From: Zygophlyctis sp. KS116
Lineage: Eukaryota; Fungi; Chytridiomycota
Length of the DNA: 32,000 nucleotides
Direction: 5' to 3'
Assembly: GCA_054661495.1 (NCBI GenBank)
Contig: BAAFSQ010000049.1
Location: forward strand, 20,850-52,849
Below, in pieces: positions 1-12,586 of this stretch (its first letter is position 1; every line of letters starts with the position of its first letter). Made by a program: the position numbers and the translations under genes. The notes under the pieces are model-generated. The model ran no database searches. It was given only the letters and a program-made list of their open reading frames with translations, and was not told the DNA's origin.

Positions 1-1412
1 CGGCAAAGAATTAAAGATCAATTTGTGGTATGGAATGATTCCAATAATTCTTTAATTGGTGATATATCTGCTCCGGATGGATCGAAAGTTGGCGTGATTC
101 TCCCTCAATCTATAACCATGGGAACTGTGACTAGGAGAGCTGTTGAAGCAACTTGGATGACTGCTGCCAATGCGAAAGAGAATCGGATCGGATCAGAACT
201 AAAAAGTCTAGTAAAGGCTCCAAAAGGTTATAGATTTGTTGGAGCGGATGTAGATTCACAAGAGCTATGGATTGCATCACTTCTAGGTGATGCACAATTC
301 GGTATACACGGAGCATCTGCCATCGGTTTTATGACATTGCAGGGTACAAAGCATCTTAAGACCGACTTGCATTCAGTCACAGGCGCAATCATAGGAGTTT
401 CGAGAGATTCAGCAAAAGTGTTCAACTATAGTCGAATATACGGTGCTGGAAAGCAACATGCTTGCCAATTACTCTTAAAAAATAATCCAAGTATGGTCAG
501 AAAGGAAGCAGAAAGAAAAGTCGCACAATTGTATAAACAGACAAAAGGTCAAAAATATAATATTCAAAGAAAAACTATACCTATTGGTATTCCCAAGCAG
601 TTTTGGTTCGGAGGTTCCGAATCATTTATGTTTAATGCCATGGAAAAAATTGCTACTTCTCCCAATCCGAAAACTCCTGTTCTTGGATGTGAAATACCAG
701 ACTCCCTTTTGCCTGAATATGTTGGAACTAATGTATGTTTTTTAAAATTAATCTCCTAGTTTATGACTAGTAGAGTAAATTGGGTGGTACAATCGTCCGG
801 TGTCGACTATTTGCATTTGCTCTTGGTTGCAATGTCATATTTATTTCGCCGCATGCAAATTGATGGACGGTTTTTGGTTAGCATTCATGATGAAGTTCGG
901 TTTCTTGTGAAAGAAGAGCATAGTTTTCGGGCTGCTTTAGCACTTCAGTTAGCTAATCTTTGGGTGCGAGCTCTATTTGCTGAAAGTGTTGGAATTTCTA
1001 ATTTACCACAAGTATCATTTTCTTACATTAACCTTAGAATGTTGCATTTTTCTCAAGTATAGATGTAGATCATGTCCTTCGAAAAGAGATTGACGTGTCT
1101 TGCGTGACACCATCAAATCAAGTCCCTATCTCCAATGGGCAATCTCTAGATATTTATCAAATTTTAAATCATTTTTCAAGTACAGATGTAGAGTCTGTTT
1201 TTGGTCAAGAATTAGAATCGGTCAAGGCGCTCTTGAATGAAAATTTGGAAGATGATTCCGAACCTGTTCCGACTCATGGAACAAATTGGATAGAAATTCA
1301 AATGGCCAAATCAGCATATGATTTGGATAAACAACTTTCACCGCGGATTTCCAAAAGAGGATTTTTAGAAAAAACAAATGTTATGAATGAAAATGTTGAT
1401 AAATGTTTATAA
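1..1412 (+). CDS. MIP1: Mitochondrial DNA polymerase gamma catalytic subunit, 5'-partial; introns 733-759 (27 nt) and 1012-1037 (26 nt)
   Basis: Pol gamma motifs [23 protein letters not shown] (motif A), [13 protein letters not shown] (motif B), [10 protein letters not shown] (motif C). Splicing restores [19 protein letters not shown] and [20 protein letters not shown]. Confidence 0.96.
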
Positions 1413-1464
1413 TACAATATAAAAAGGATTAAACTCTATCGGATTATAAATCGGAAGATTTCCC

Positions 1465-1902
1465 ATGAATATTCTGCTAAATGAGGCACTTTTGGACACC
1501 AAACAAATTAGTAATGCAGCAATCATAAGATCCAAAGATGGGAATATCAGAGCAAAATCTCCAAATTTCTCAGTAATCAACTGCCCTAATTTTTAGATTT
1601 CCCCTGAAGAATATAAACTGATTTGTAATGCATTTGAGAACCCAAAACATGTCCGATCTACAGAAAATGGAATATATTTTATGGATATTCCATATAAAGC
1701 GATCCGAGCAGATACTCAAAGTGTCTATGGAAAGAATGCAGTACTTTAACGATTTTAAAACTAGGAATCTAAATCAGGAATCATTATATGCAAAACCCAT
1801 GGACTATACATTCTTGGAACTTATGATCAAAGTATGTTTGCAAGTGTGGCAGTTGAGGCTGTAGAGAAATTAGCAGAATATTTTAGGAAGAAGAATAAGT
1901 AA
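1465..1902 (+). CDS. Profilin, profilin-4-like; exons 1465-1572, 1597-1740, 1765-1902 (two 24-nt introns); missed by the ORF track
   Basis: Spliced product MNILLNEALLDTKQISNAAII...YKAIRADTQSVYGKN...GIIICKTHGLYILGTYDQSMFASVAVEAVEKLAEYFRKKNK has profilin length and motifs. It closely recalls mammalian PFN4 (YRCVRADEYSLYAK, VVKTHLYLLVATY, VEATESLGDYLRKK). Confidence 0.9.
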
Positions 1903-2737
1903 TACATTTTCTTGCAAGCCAATATCCGATCCAATAAAAATCCCATTGTCCGGTTTCTTTTGCTAAATCTGACCATGTCTGATAAACTTGTGGCGGAATA
2001 GAATGACAAGTCTCTATAATCTTGAATAAATACAACAGGCCCACTTCTTTTCCAGCCTTTATCTTTTCCGATTTAAGACTAAATCTGCTCGGACCATGAT
2101 AAGGATCCAACTTTAATACCTTTTGATAAGAGTCTACTGATCCCTTAACTTGAGCATTTAACGCCCAAGAATGAATACAATTAGGATATTTTGATACTAG
2201 TTTTAATAGCTCTGTCTGAATGCATCCATGATCAACATTTCGCGATATCAAGAGTTGAATCAAATCCAGTCTTGTACTTAAAGACTCTTGAATTTCCAAT
2301 GAGTGCTCATAATATTCATTGACCCCTTCCAAGCTCTTTCCTTGCAAAGCCAAACAATACCCAACTTCTTTCAACCAAAACCATTGATCAGAGTCTGTAA
2401 TTTTAGAGAATAGAATTGCCATTTCTAAACACTTTTCTAAATCTCCATTCCCCATCATAAGTTTATATATTTCCTGTATTTTTATTTCATGAATTTTACC
2501 ATTGATAGCCCTGTTGATTTAATTTCCTGTATATCCAGAGGCATTGGCAAAGAGTAAAAATCCTTTACTAATTTCCCATTAATCTTGTGAAAACATTTAA
2601 TGGCCAATTGCCACATTATCTGATATTACTTTTTAGTTTTTTACTTTATCAAAAGGATTCCTAACTAGACCTTGAAATGATTCTCTTAATGCTTCAGAAT
2701 ATCTTCTTGTCCGATACAGATGGTAGACTCTGTCCAT
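1883..2737 (-). CDS. Helical-repeat (TPR/HAT-like) protein, possibly a TAF1A/Rrn11-like Pol I factor; introns 2620-2644 and 2474-2499
   Basis: ATG at 2737. Two short GT-CAG introns join MDRVYHLYRTRRYSEALRES..., IMWQLAIKCF... and the 191-aa ORF in frame. TPR-like segment SYQKVLKLDPYH. The family call is tentative. Confidence 0.6.
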
Positions 2738-2866
2738 TATTCCTGCGCGTTTTCTTCAATTAGCACATTCACCGATTGCAAGTAACAGTAAGTAGGTAGT
2801 TCAAAAACTCTAAAAAAATTGGAAAAAATCATTGATTATATAATGCTTCCAAGAATGTATAATTCT

Positions 2867-3488
2867 TTAAAAATCACTTAAATTGATTTCTTTAATTCCA
2901 TTCTTATCAATCACCTTGACTTTAAAATCCGTCATATTCACAATATAACGAGTCTTCAACTCTTTAATACACATCTTCAACACAAAAATAGCCTGATCTA
3001 AATTCATATTTTCCTTCCAGTATCTATCCATTGTTGACATACAAAAGTAGGATGCATGACCATGAGCCGCAAATTTCATTGCTGTACATGAAGAGAGATA
3101 ATCCAACCAGTATAATTCTGGTTTATTCTTGTATGTATCATACCCAGCCACTAGAGTATTGATAGAATAAGGATTCTATAATTTTAAAAAAAAGAGAAAT
3201 TACTCTTGATCTTAGCGCTTCTGCCAATTCTCGTCTCAACATACTTGACAAGGCAAAAGGCGACAAGTCTACAGAATGACGCATAGAGTACAATTGAGCA
3301 TTTTTCTGTATAAATTCAGCAAATTGAACAGTATCTCCTGGTTCTCCCGTGAATAATAACAAAGAAGTCTTGTTTAGAGCTCTTGACTTGTCTTCTCCTC
3401 TCTTCATGACAACAATAGAACGAGCAGTGAGAGTATCAGAGGCTGTTAGAACGAAATCTGCACCGACGATTCCGAGTAAAACTTCCAT
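2867..3488 (-). CDS. PRE1: 20S proteasome beta-4 subunit (PSMB2/Pre1); intron 3176-3203 (28 nt)
   Basis: MEVLLGIVGADFVLTASD, GEPGDTVQFAEFIQKN, LRSR/NPYSINTLVAGYD, PELYWLDYL, STMDRYW. Confidence 0.96.
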
Positions 3489-3565
3489 TTAAACTTTTTG
3501 GTTTTAGGGTAAAACAAACTTACTACCCTTTTGTACCCTAGTCAACAATGTAAACCCTGGAATTT
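3489..3565. promoter_or_regulatory. 77-nt bidirectional promoter with four ACCCT/AGGGT (telo-box-like) motifs
   Basis: TTTTAGGGT, TACCCT x2 and AAACCCT lie between the divergent ATGs. Confidence 0.45.
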
Positions 3566-4519
3566 ATGACATTGTGGATCTTTAGTCCATCGCTTTTTCT
3601 CAATTTCCCTATTAAATTTTGGTTGAATGACTCTCAAGAAACTGTAGAATTAGTCAAATGCACTCAAAATACTGCAAAGATCTCTAAAAATGCTCTTATT
3701 ATTGGAATTATAACAAGACTAAATCTAAAAAATAGGAAAAATTCAGATTCTGTTCTAGAAATTTATATTCAAAATCCTATAAATTCTCTAAAAATTCATT
3801 CGCTAGTCAATGATCAGAATTTGGAAATTGGAGATTTGATATATTTAAGAAATTCTATACTCAAATTAGACTCGGATTCTCAATATTACTATTTAGATCA
3901 GGAATCTAAAATAGAAATAGGACATCGGTTTCTTTCAGATGAAATTATTCCTATCAATTACAAATTAACAGATTTAAATCATAAAATTGGACTAGAAAAC
4001 TTGATAAAATGGGGGTCTAAACAAGATTGGATTAGATTTAGTGGTGAAAATTCTGGTCATCAGAGTATTAAATTACCATTAGTAAGGACATTTAAAGTTT
4101 ATGCGACATTTTCAAAATTAATAATTATAAATGCTCTAGGACAAGAAATTCAAGTACATGATTTCAAAGACTTTAAGGAATTTATATATTTATTGTGTAA
4201 TATCAGATGTGATATTTGTCAAAAGTGTAATTTTAGACAAGATTTTTGTATATTTTGTAAATCTAGTTTGGAATTTTGTAAAAGGACTGATTTACCAGAT
4301 TTAAGAATGGAAATAGACTGCTTAGATGGACTAAAAGTAATTAAATTAGGGGATTGGTGTGATTTATGGTTTCCAGAAATTATTCAGTTTCCCCGGTTAA
4401 AGTCAGAGTATGTATATCATAGATTTAATAGGACAATAAAGAGAATAAAAGAATTGAAGCAAGTGTCAATGGTGCTTCAACAAGTCTCAAAGTCATACTT
4501 TCTTTTAGACGTGGAATAA
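3566..4519 (+). CDS. Hypothetical protein with predicted OB-fold(s) and a CxxC...CxxC zinc ribbon
   Basis: Uninterrupted 317-aa ORF. OB-like strands LIIGIITRL and LEIGDLIYLRN, plus CDICQKC...CIFC. Confidence 0.65.
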   Translation: MTLWIFSPSLFLNFPIKFWLNDSQETVELVKCTQNTAKISKNALIIGIITRLNLKNRKNSDSVLEIYIQNPINSLKIHSLVNDQNLEIGDLIYLRNSILKLDSDSQYYYLDQESKIEIGHRFLSDEIIPINYKLTDLNHKIGLENLIKWGSKQDWIRFSGENSGHQSIKLPLVRTFKVYATFSKLIIINALGQEIQVHDFKDFKEFIYLLCNIRCDICQKCNFRQDFCIFCKSSLEFCKRTDLPDLRMEIDCLDGLKVIKLGDWCDLWFPEIIQFPRLKSEYVYHRFNRTIKRIKELKQVSMVLQQVSKSYFLLDVE

Positions 4520-4535
4520 TATTTTCGGAATTATA

Positions 4536-6412
<1,877 letters not shown>

Positions 6413-6432
6413 AGATGAGGAGTAAAATAAAG

Positions 6433-6458
6433 GATCTAGAAACGATCTAGAAACGATC
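6433..6458 (+). repeat. 11-nt tandem repeat GATCTAGAAAC x2 plus GATC, intergenic
   Basis: Read directly from the sequence. Confidence 0.85.
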
Positions 6459-6529
6459 AGTTGACGCAATTTTGTTCAATTAAAACCAAATTTGAGTGAA
6501 AACAAGCTGCTTCTGGCCTTTTCGATAAA

Positions 6530-7689
6530 ATGCTATCCAGTCCAGTCATGAAATTGCTATATCTAGCACTCTTGAATATTCTTCTCGTCCATGCTGTTCC
6601 CTACGATAGGCCACGACATAAGCCGTTTGATGATTTAGAAATGGCAAATAAAGAAAATAAACCTCTGCATTCACTGCTCTCTAGGCGATCTGACTGTGCT
6701 ATTGTTGTTGAAATATGGCAAAGTCTGGGAGGAAAAACTAGATTAAAACCTGAAAGTGTTGGGTATCATGGATGTTGTAATACATGGTATCATAAATCAG
6801 ACATTCCAAATATTGTATGTTCTGGATCTAAAGTCAAAAAGATGTAAGTCTGAATAATTAATATAAAAAGTAATTGGATTTCTCAAAATCTTAAAGGGGA
6901 TCTACCTCCTTCAATAAGTGAATTGGTACAATTGGAAGAACTGTATGATACTTGTATTAAAACTAGATGGTTATCGTTTAATGAACTTTCAGGAAACATT
7001 CCAAAATCAGTTGGAGTTTTGACCAATCTAAAATGTTTGTAAGATTTCTTTCTATAACTCAATAGTATGTTGTCTTCTAATAATTTGACTGGAGAGATTC
7101 CAAAACAGGTTGGATACCTCAAGTCTTTACAATGGCTGTATTATAAACTCAACTTAAATTAGAGCATTGAGAAATAACCAATTATCAGGTAGAATACCAC
7201 CAGAGATTGTTTTATTAAAAGATTTGAAACATTTGTAAGAAGATTATAGGATTAATATATAGGGATTTTTCATTTAATCAACTCTCTGGACGAATTCCAA
7301 GAGATATGAAACGGTTAACAAACTTGCGTGAGTTATGGTTAAGAAATAATCAATTAAACGGGACGATTCCTGCTGATTTAGGGAAATTAGAACAATTAGT
7401 TACACTTTCTCTCTCTTTTAATCAGTTTTCTGGAGAAATACCTAGGGAATTGGGAGAATTACATCAACTGTTGTGGTTGTAAGTTTAAAATAGATAACGA
7501 TAGTGGATTTGTAAACAATAATATTTCTGGTACTATACCAGAGGAACTAGGTCAATTAAACCGATTAAGATCGCTGTAATGTCTTTTTATCTTACAAGTA
7601 GCGGTAAAAGTAATAATACGCTTCTGTCTGATACATTGCCTGCTAATCTGCAGGATAGAGCTGATAGAAGCTTTTTGTTTTTATATTGA
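6530..7689 (+). CDS. Secreted plant-type (24-aa) leucine-rich-repeat protein, about 8 LRRs; introns 6844-6870, 6943-6966, 7039-7065, 7138-7162, 7235-7262, 7479-7503, 7576-7601
   Basis: Hydrophobic signal peptide, putative propeptide ending SRR, Cys-rich N-cap (SDC..W..GCC..IVC), repeats such as LEELWLSFNELSGNIPKSVG and LRELWLRNNQLNGTIPADLG. No TM or kinase domain. Confidence 0.9.
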
Positions 7690-7795
7690 TTGTTCTAATA
7701 GTTTTGTTGTTTTGAAAGTATTAATGCATTGAGTAAATTTTGTAATCGGGACACTTCAAGCGTATAAATTAGCGGTAAAATAAGTTTTTGAACCA

Positions 7796-8564
7796 ATGTT
7801 TTTTTATTTTTTGGGAATTCTGAGCGTAGCCGCATCTGCAAAGGTGCATCGGATGAATAATAGGCTACCTGGTGATGTGGAAGAATGGGTCAATCAGATT
7901 AATGAGGCGGAAGAAACAAAAGATGAAATGTTCCATTCAAAAGTTGAGACTCGATCTGACTGTTCAATTGTTGTAACTCTTTGGAAGAAAATGGGGAAAG
8001 AAACGATTTTAGATCCTCAAAATGTAGCTCCAATGGGTTGTTGCAGCACCAATAAGTATAATGATGTTGGCCATGTTGTGTGCAACGGAGAAAATGTTAT
8101 TCAGATGTGAGTATTGTTTTCTGAATTCATTAGAGATTGGAGCTATAATCATCTTCAAGGCGAAATTCCGCAAGAGATTGGTATGTTGGAACATGTCAAA
8201 GAATTGCGTCTTGCCGGTAATGAACTCGATGGATCAATTCCAGCATCAATCGGTGATTGTAAAAGCTTGATGTATCTGTATGAATTCTTGCATTTTAAAA
8301 CGTAGAGATTTGGCTGATAACAAGCTTTCTGGTAATATTCCAAAAGAAATGGGGAAAATGGTAAATTTGGGATACCTGTTTTTCTGGAATAATAACCTTG
8401 AAGGAACTATACCTGATGCATTCGGTAATTTGATTAATTTGGTCTCATTGTAAATTGCATTTTCTAAATTTAGTGGCGTCGGTGGAAACTCTCTACTGTC
8501 TATTGATGTTCTACCTGAACCATTGCAAAAGCGTAAGGATGCTTGGAACTTGTGGATAACATAG
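7796..8564 (+). CDS. Secreted plant-type LRR protein, 4 LRRs, paralog of the upstream gene; introns 8107-8133, 8278-8305, 8450-8473
   Basis: Signal peptide, RSDCSIVVTLWKKMG...GCC...VVC N-cap shared with the upstream gene, repeats VKELRLAGNELDGSIPASIG and LMYLDLADNKLSGNIPKEMG. Confidence 0.9.
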
Positions 8565-8628
8565 ATAAAAGTCCATAAATTCAATTTTAATTAAAAACCA
8601 TGAGATGTCCGAAATCCAAAAATATAAA

Positions 8629-10583
8629 TTATAGTGAAAATGGATAAAAGATATCGTTGGGTAGAGGAGGTATTAAGCGTGGTGCAGGAGGAACTACAAG
8701 TGACGGATCCTCCGAAATTGGAACAAAAGATACAGTAGATTTAATACGGAAAAGCTGAGGTGTAGCACCAGGAGTGTTTGAACCACCGGTAATGAGATCT
8801 GATGGCTTTATACAATCTAATGCATTTAAACATCGGTATGAGATTGATCCAGAAGTATAAGAATAACGAGCCCCGACAATGCCTAACTGAGGATTTGATG
8901 TAGATCCAAATTTTGCTGTTAGAAATTCAATATTAAATTCCGTGAGGATCGACGTACAAGTTCCAGCGAGAGGCTCTATGATAGGAACAGTTCCTGTCAA
9001 TGAGTTTGGAACATCATTAATAATTGGAACCCAATCGTCAACATTTAAGAAACTGGTATTGCCAAACTTCCCGACATGAGTAAGGGAGGAAGCTGTCAGA
9101 GTTTGAATATTAAAAATATCACGCCGAATCGCCCCGCAGTTGTTGATCATATCAGCAAAATTGTATGAGAGCGTACAATAACTGTGCATTTCCTGCCCAA
9201 AAAGTACTGGAATGCGATGCGATTTGTCCGAAATTCCAGAGCACGTTACGCTTGTACCACCAGGAGCCACAAAATCAGCAGCCAAAGATAGACCATACAG
9301 AGGATCTGCATATTGCTGGATTGCGGATTGTTTATTATTGGTAGTAATAGTACCAGCCAGTACAGGTTTACCTATGACGTATCCTGGACTTCCTGATTTA
9401 GAAATAGGAGAATTTGATGAGCCACTCTACTCAATAAATTTCAAGACAATACCTTTACAAAGGAAATCCCAAACTTTAAAGCAGTCCCGGCGTAATTAGT
9501 TACTGGTATAGTCACCAATGTGGTATCAGCCACAATCGAATCTATAGAAACAATTCCTGTAGATGCCACAGAATATTGCACAGTCCAAGATATTTGATGA
9601 ACCGCATTATTGCATTTCGAATTTACAGCATCCCATGATGGAGAACTTTGAGCGCAACTAGTAGTTATTCCTGTTAATGGATCATAGCAAGTAGTAGACC
9701 CTTGTGTTATGCTTATCGAATCTGCAGATGATGAACTCTAGTATAAGTATTCTTGATAATACCTTTAAAACAGTAAAACCTACTGCATAATACATTGCAT
9801 CAAGTTGAGTTCCTTGAGCACAAGAAGCTGCACCTGTACTAAAATAATAGACACAAGAAGATGATTCACTAATTCCAAATTCTTAATCATAAATTTAAAG
9901 CTTCTTACTTGCATTAGAGTTTGGATTACATTCTCCAGAATCAGTAGGCCTTGGGAAGCCAAAAGCCCCACCCAAGCCAGCAGCAACATAAACAACCTTT
10001 ATGGAATCTCCAGTCTTACAGTTAAAAATTAAAGAGATACCATATAATTTTGTGAATAAAGCAATACATTTTCTATTGAATTACTTTTAGATTCAATAGG
10101 AAAATCATTTAACGCATATTTACTCAAAAAATCAGAATCTTTTGTAAATATTCCTGGATTTCCATAAAAAGTGCCCTTGATTGGTGAATTTGACAATAGA
10201 ACACAAGTAGCTGAATCCACTCCATGTTTATATACGGACATCATTATACCATTTCGGACATTCACAGACACGAGTTGATCCGAACAATAAGGAATTTGTG
10301 ATGTATTTCCAGCGGATGATTCTAACAAGCAACCGCCTTTAAAAGTTTTCAAATCGCTAGAGGAGCAGTCCGAATCACAGCAACAGTTTGGATCACAGGA
10401 AAACCTAGTTAAATCGCAGATGCACTTTCCAAAATCTGCATTGTAATTTAGAATAGTGGATGCCGTCGCCACCTATTATCAATACAACATAATGTATACA
10501 CTTGACCAATCTATAGAATACGGGGATGGAACAATTTGACCCCATACATTCGATATTACAAGGACCACTAGTCCGAATTTCAT
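8629..10583 (-). CDS. TCTN1: Tectonic family ciliary transition-zone protein; introns 10473-10499, 10015-10040, 9882-9908, 9738-9762, 9427-9452
   Basis: Signal peptide, CICDLTRFSCDPNCCCDSDC, KSGSPGYVIGKPVLAG, RIPVLFG, VGKFGN, C-terminal LPNDIFYPF. The specific TCTN paralog number is not resolvable. Confidence 0.92.
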
Positions 10584-10602
10584 TTTAGGGTTTTCGCGTT
10601 TT
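10584..10602. promoter_or_regulatory. Telo-box (AAAACCCTAAA on the minus strand) abutting an SCB/E2F-like TTTTCGCG site, just upstream of the tectonic ATG
   Basis: Sequence TTTAGGGTTTTCGCGTTTT. Confidence 0.35.
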
Positions 10603-10706
10603 CAACTTGAGGTAATGTGCAGGTTTTTACAGGCTAATTAAAAGCTGATAATACAGTGATAATACTTGCTAGATTGCACTAGGTGAAACTTGACAAAAAA
10701 AGAAAA

Positions 10707-12510
10707 ATGCAAGATCTCATTCAAGACAATCAGCTCAAATATTTAATCGAACTCTGCAAAGCTAAAAACATTCCAGATGAAGAGATTTTAAAGATTTTGG
10801 AAGAAAATTCAAAATCTGAATTTTTGAAAATTGTTTGTGATTCTTGGAAAAACTCAAAGGATTTTGCTCTAGTGCCAAGCAAATGGCAGGAATACTCTAT
10901 GAAATACATTGAATACATGGGATCTATCATGGATCCTACTAAAAGATACTCTACTCTTCCTTTAGAACCAAATTGGCCAAATCCTCAAGTCAAAAAAAAG
11001 ACTGAAATCAAGTTCAAAAGAGATCTGATTCTCTTTGTGCTGAAAGAGAAGAATAAAATTCTGGTAATTTTTTTTTGTAATACAATAGAAGACAATTTTG
11101 AAAGAATCATCAGACTTTTCAGAAATGTTTAATGTAAATTCAAGTGATGTTACTGCTGTAAACAATTCTCCAATGGCTGAATTGCCAAAGGCTATTCAAA
11201 GTCCTGTTAAAAGTCCTAAAAAAAGTCATGTAGTGAAAGAGAAGAAAACGCTTCAAAAGGATTTGGAATCTTGGAGCTTTGATAATTCAGATGATGAATT
11301 TAGTTCTAAAGGTCCAATATTAGTGGTTTTAAAGGAGTCAAATGACTTGAAAAAGGATTCAAAGAAAAAAGAACGGGGCCAAGAATTAGCAAGTTCCTCT
11401 AAAAGGCACAAACCTGATTTAGAGCTCACTGTAGATCGCAAGGAAGATGATGTATCAAGTGCTGCTAAACAAGATTCAGCGCAAGTTAAACCAAATTCAG
11501 CACAAGTTAAAAAAGACTCGGTACAAGTTGAACAAGATTCAGCGCAAGTTAAAGAAGATGTAGCACAGGTTTTACAAGATTCAGCGCAAGTTAAAGAAGA
11601 TGCAGCACAGGTTTTACAAGATATAACAGAAAAGAAAGATTTTGATGGAAATGATTTGCAGTCTTTAAGAGAAAAAGTCTTTATGTCTAGAAAAACTAGC
11701 AAGAAAGATCTAGTCGCAAATGATATGAATTCGGGTTCAGAAATATCAAAGACTGAGACTAGTTTGGAGGTTTTAGAGAATGGGAAACCCGATATTGGTT
11801 TAGAAGAAGGTGAAATAAGCTCAGATGGCAGTCCGGAAGATTTTAATAATGGAACAAATACAAAGAATATCGAGGACAAGGAGCAGAAAAATTATAATAA
11901 TTATGGAAAACGAGCTTCTGGAGCAGAGTCAAGGGTGCGAAGATATGACAGTCGGTATAAAAAGGACGATCGCAGGGACAAAATAGTGTATCCAACATCT
12001 GGAGCTGTACAAAAGCACAGGGCTGATGTGCCTGCTAATGTTGCAATGTCATCATATATGGCTTATCCTGCTGGAGGAAATATGCATCAATCAAATAATT
12101 ATATGGGTTCGATGCCTTTTTTCAGGCCTCCCATCTATTCAATGGGATTTAATCAGCAGTTTCAACAGCCCAACCCATATATGCAAATCGATTCTAATGC
12201 TCTTGCAAAAGCGCAAATGCTGGCCAACATCTCACAGCAGCAGTCGCAACAGCCAATGTTCCCTCCTCAAATGTCTGGAACACGAACTGGCCCTGGACTG
12301 AATCGTCCTCCAATGCAATATACCAACTCTAATCAAACCAATTTCTGGATGATGAATATGCCACATATGAATAATGGCCCTGGATTTGCATTTGCACCAG
12401 GAAATATCCCTCCAAACGGACCATTCTACTCTAGCCTTGGTCCTAGACCGGGAGAATCTCCTCAAGTAGACTCTGGTTACATTTTCGAGGATCCAGCCTC
12501 CCGCTCATGA
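10707..12510 (+). CDS. Hypothetical low-complexity (probably nuclear) protein with heptad repeats and an M/N/Q/P-rich tail; intron 11064-11088 (25 nt)
   Basis: One intron joins the 149-aa and 470-aa ORFs in frame. The start codon is uncertain. Contains LEEGEI. Confidence 0.7.
11470..11622 (+). repeat. Coding 21-nt minisatellite, 7 units (consensus CAAGATTCAGCGCAAGTTAAA; QDSAQVK), with a 42-nt higher-order duplication
   Basis: 11533-11574 and 11575-11616 differ at one base. Confidence 0.95.
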
Positions 12511-12586
12511 AATAAAATGTTTTAAATGTTTGCAATTTTTTCATTTTAATTATTTGAATTTTCTAAAAGCCAAGATTTTGTAGATT

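Noticed and set aside
1628-1864. 78-aa ORF from the track
   Set aside because: Wrong frame across the spliced profilin gene
3501-3510. Telomere or interstitial telomeric array
   Set aside because: Only isolated TTAGGG units, treated instead as candidate promoter motifs
10612-10682. Possible 5' introns or exons upstream of the 10707 gene
   Set aside because: GT-AG segments of suitable size exist (e.g. 10656-10682) but no in-frame ATG exon could be built; they may be UTR introns and cannot be supported
11470-11622. CRISPR-like array
   Set aside because: Units are contiguous with no spacers, in frame within a CDS, and in a eukaryotic context
11253-11879. 208-aa antisense ORF
   Set aside because: Shadow of the repetitive, codon-biased plus-strand gene
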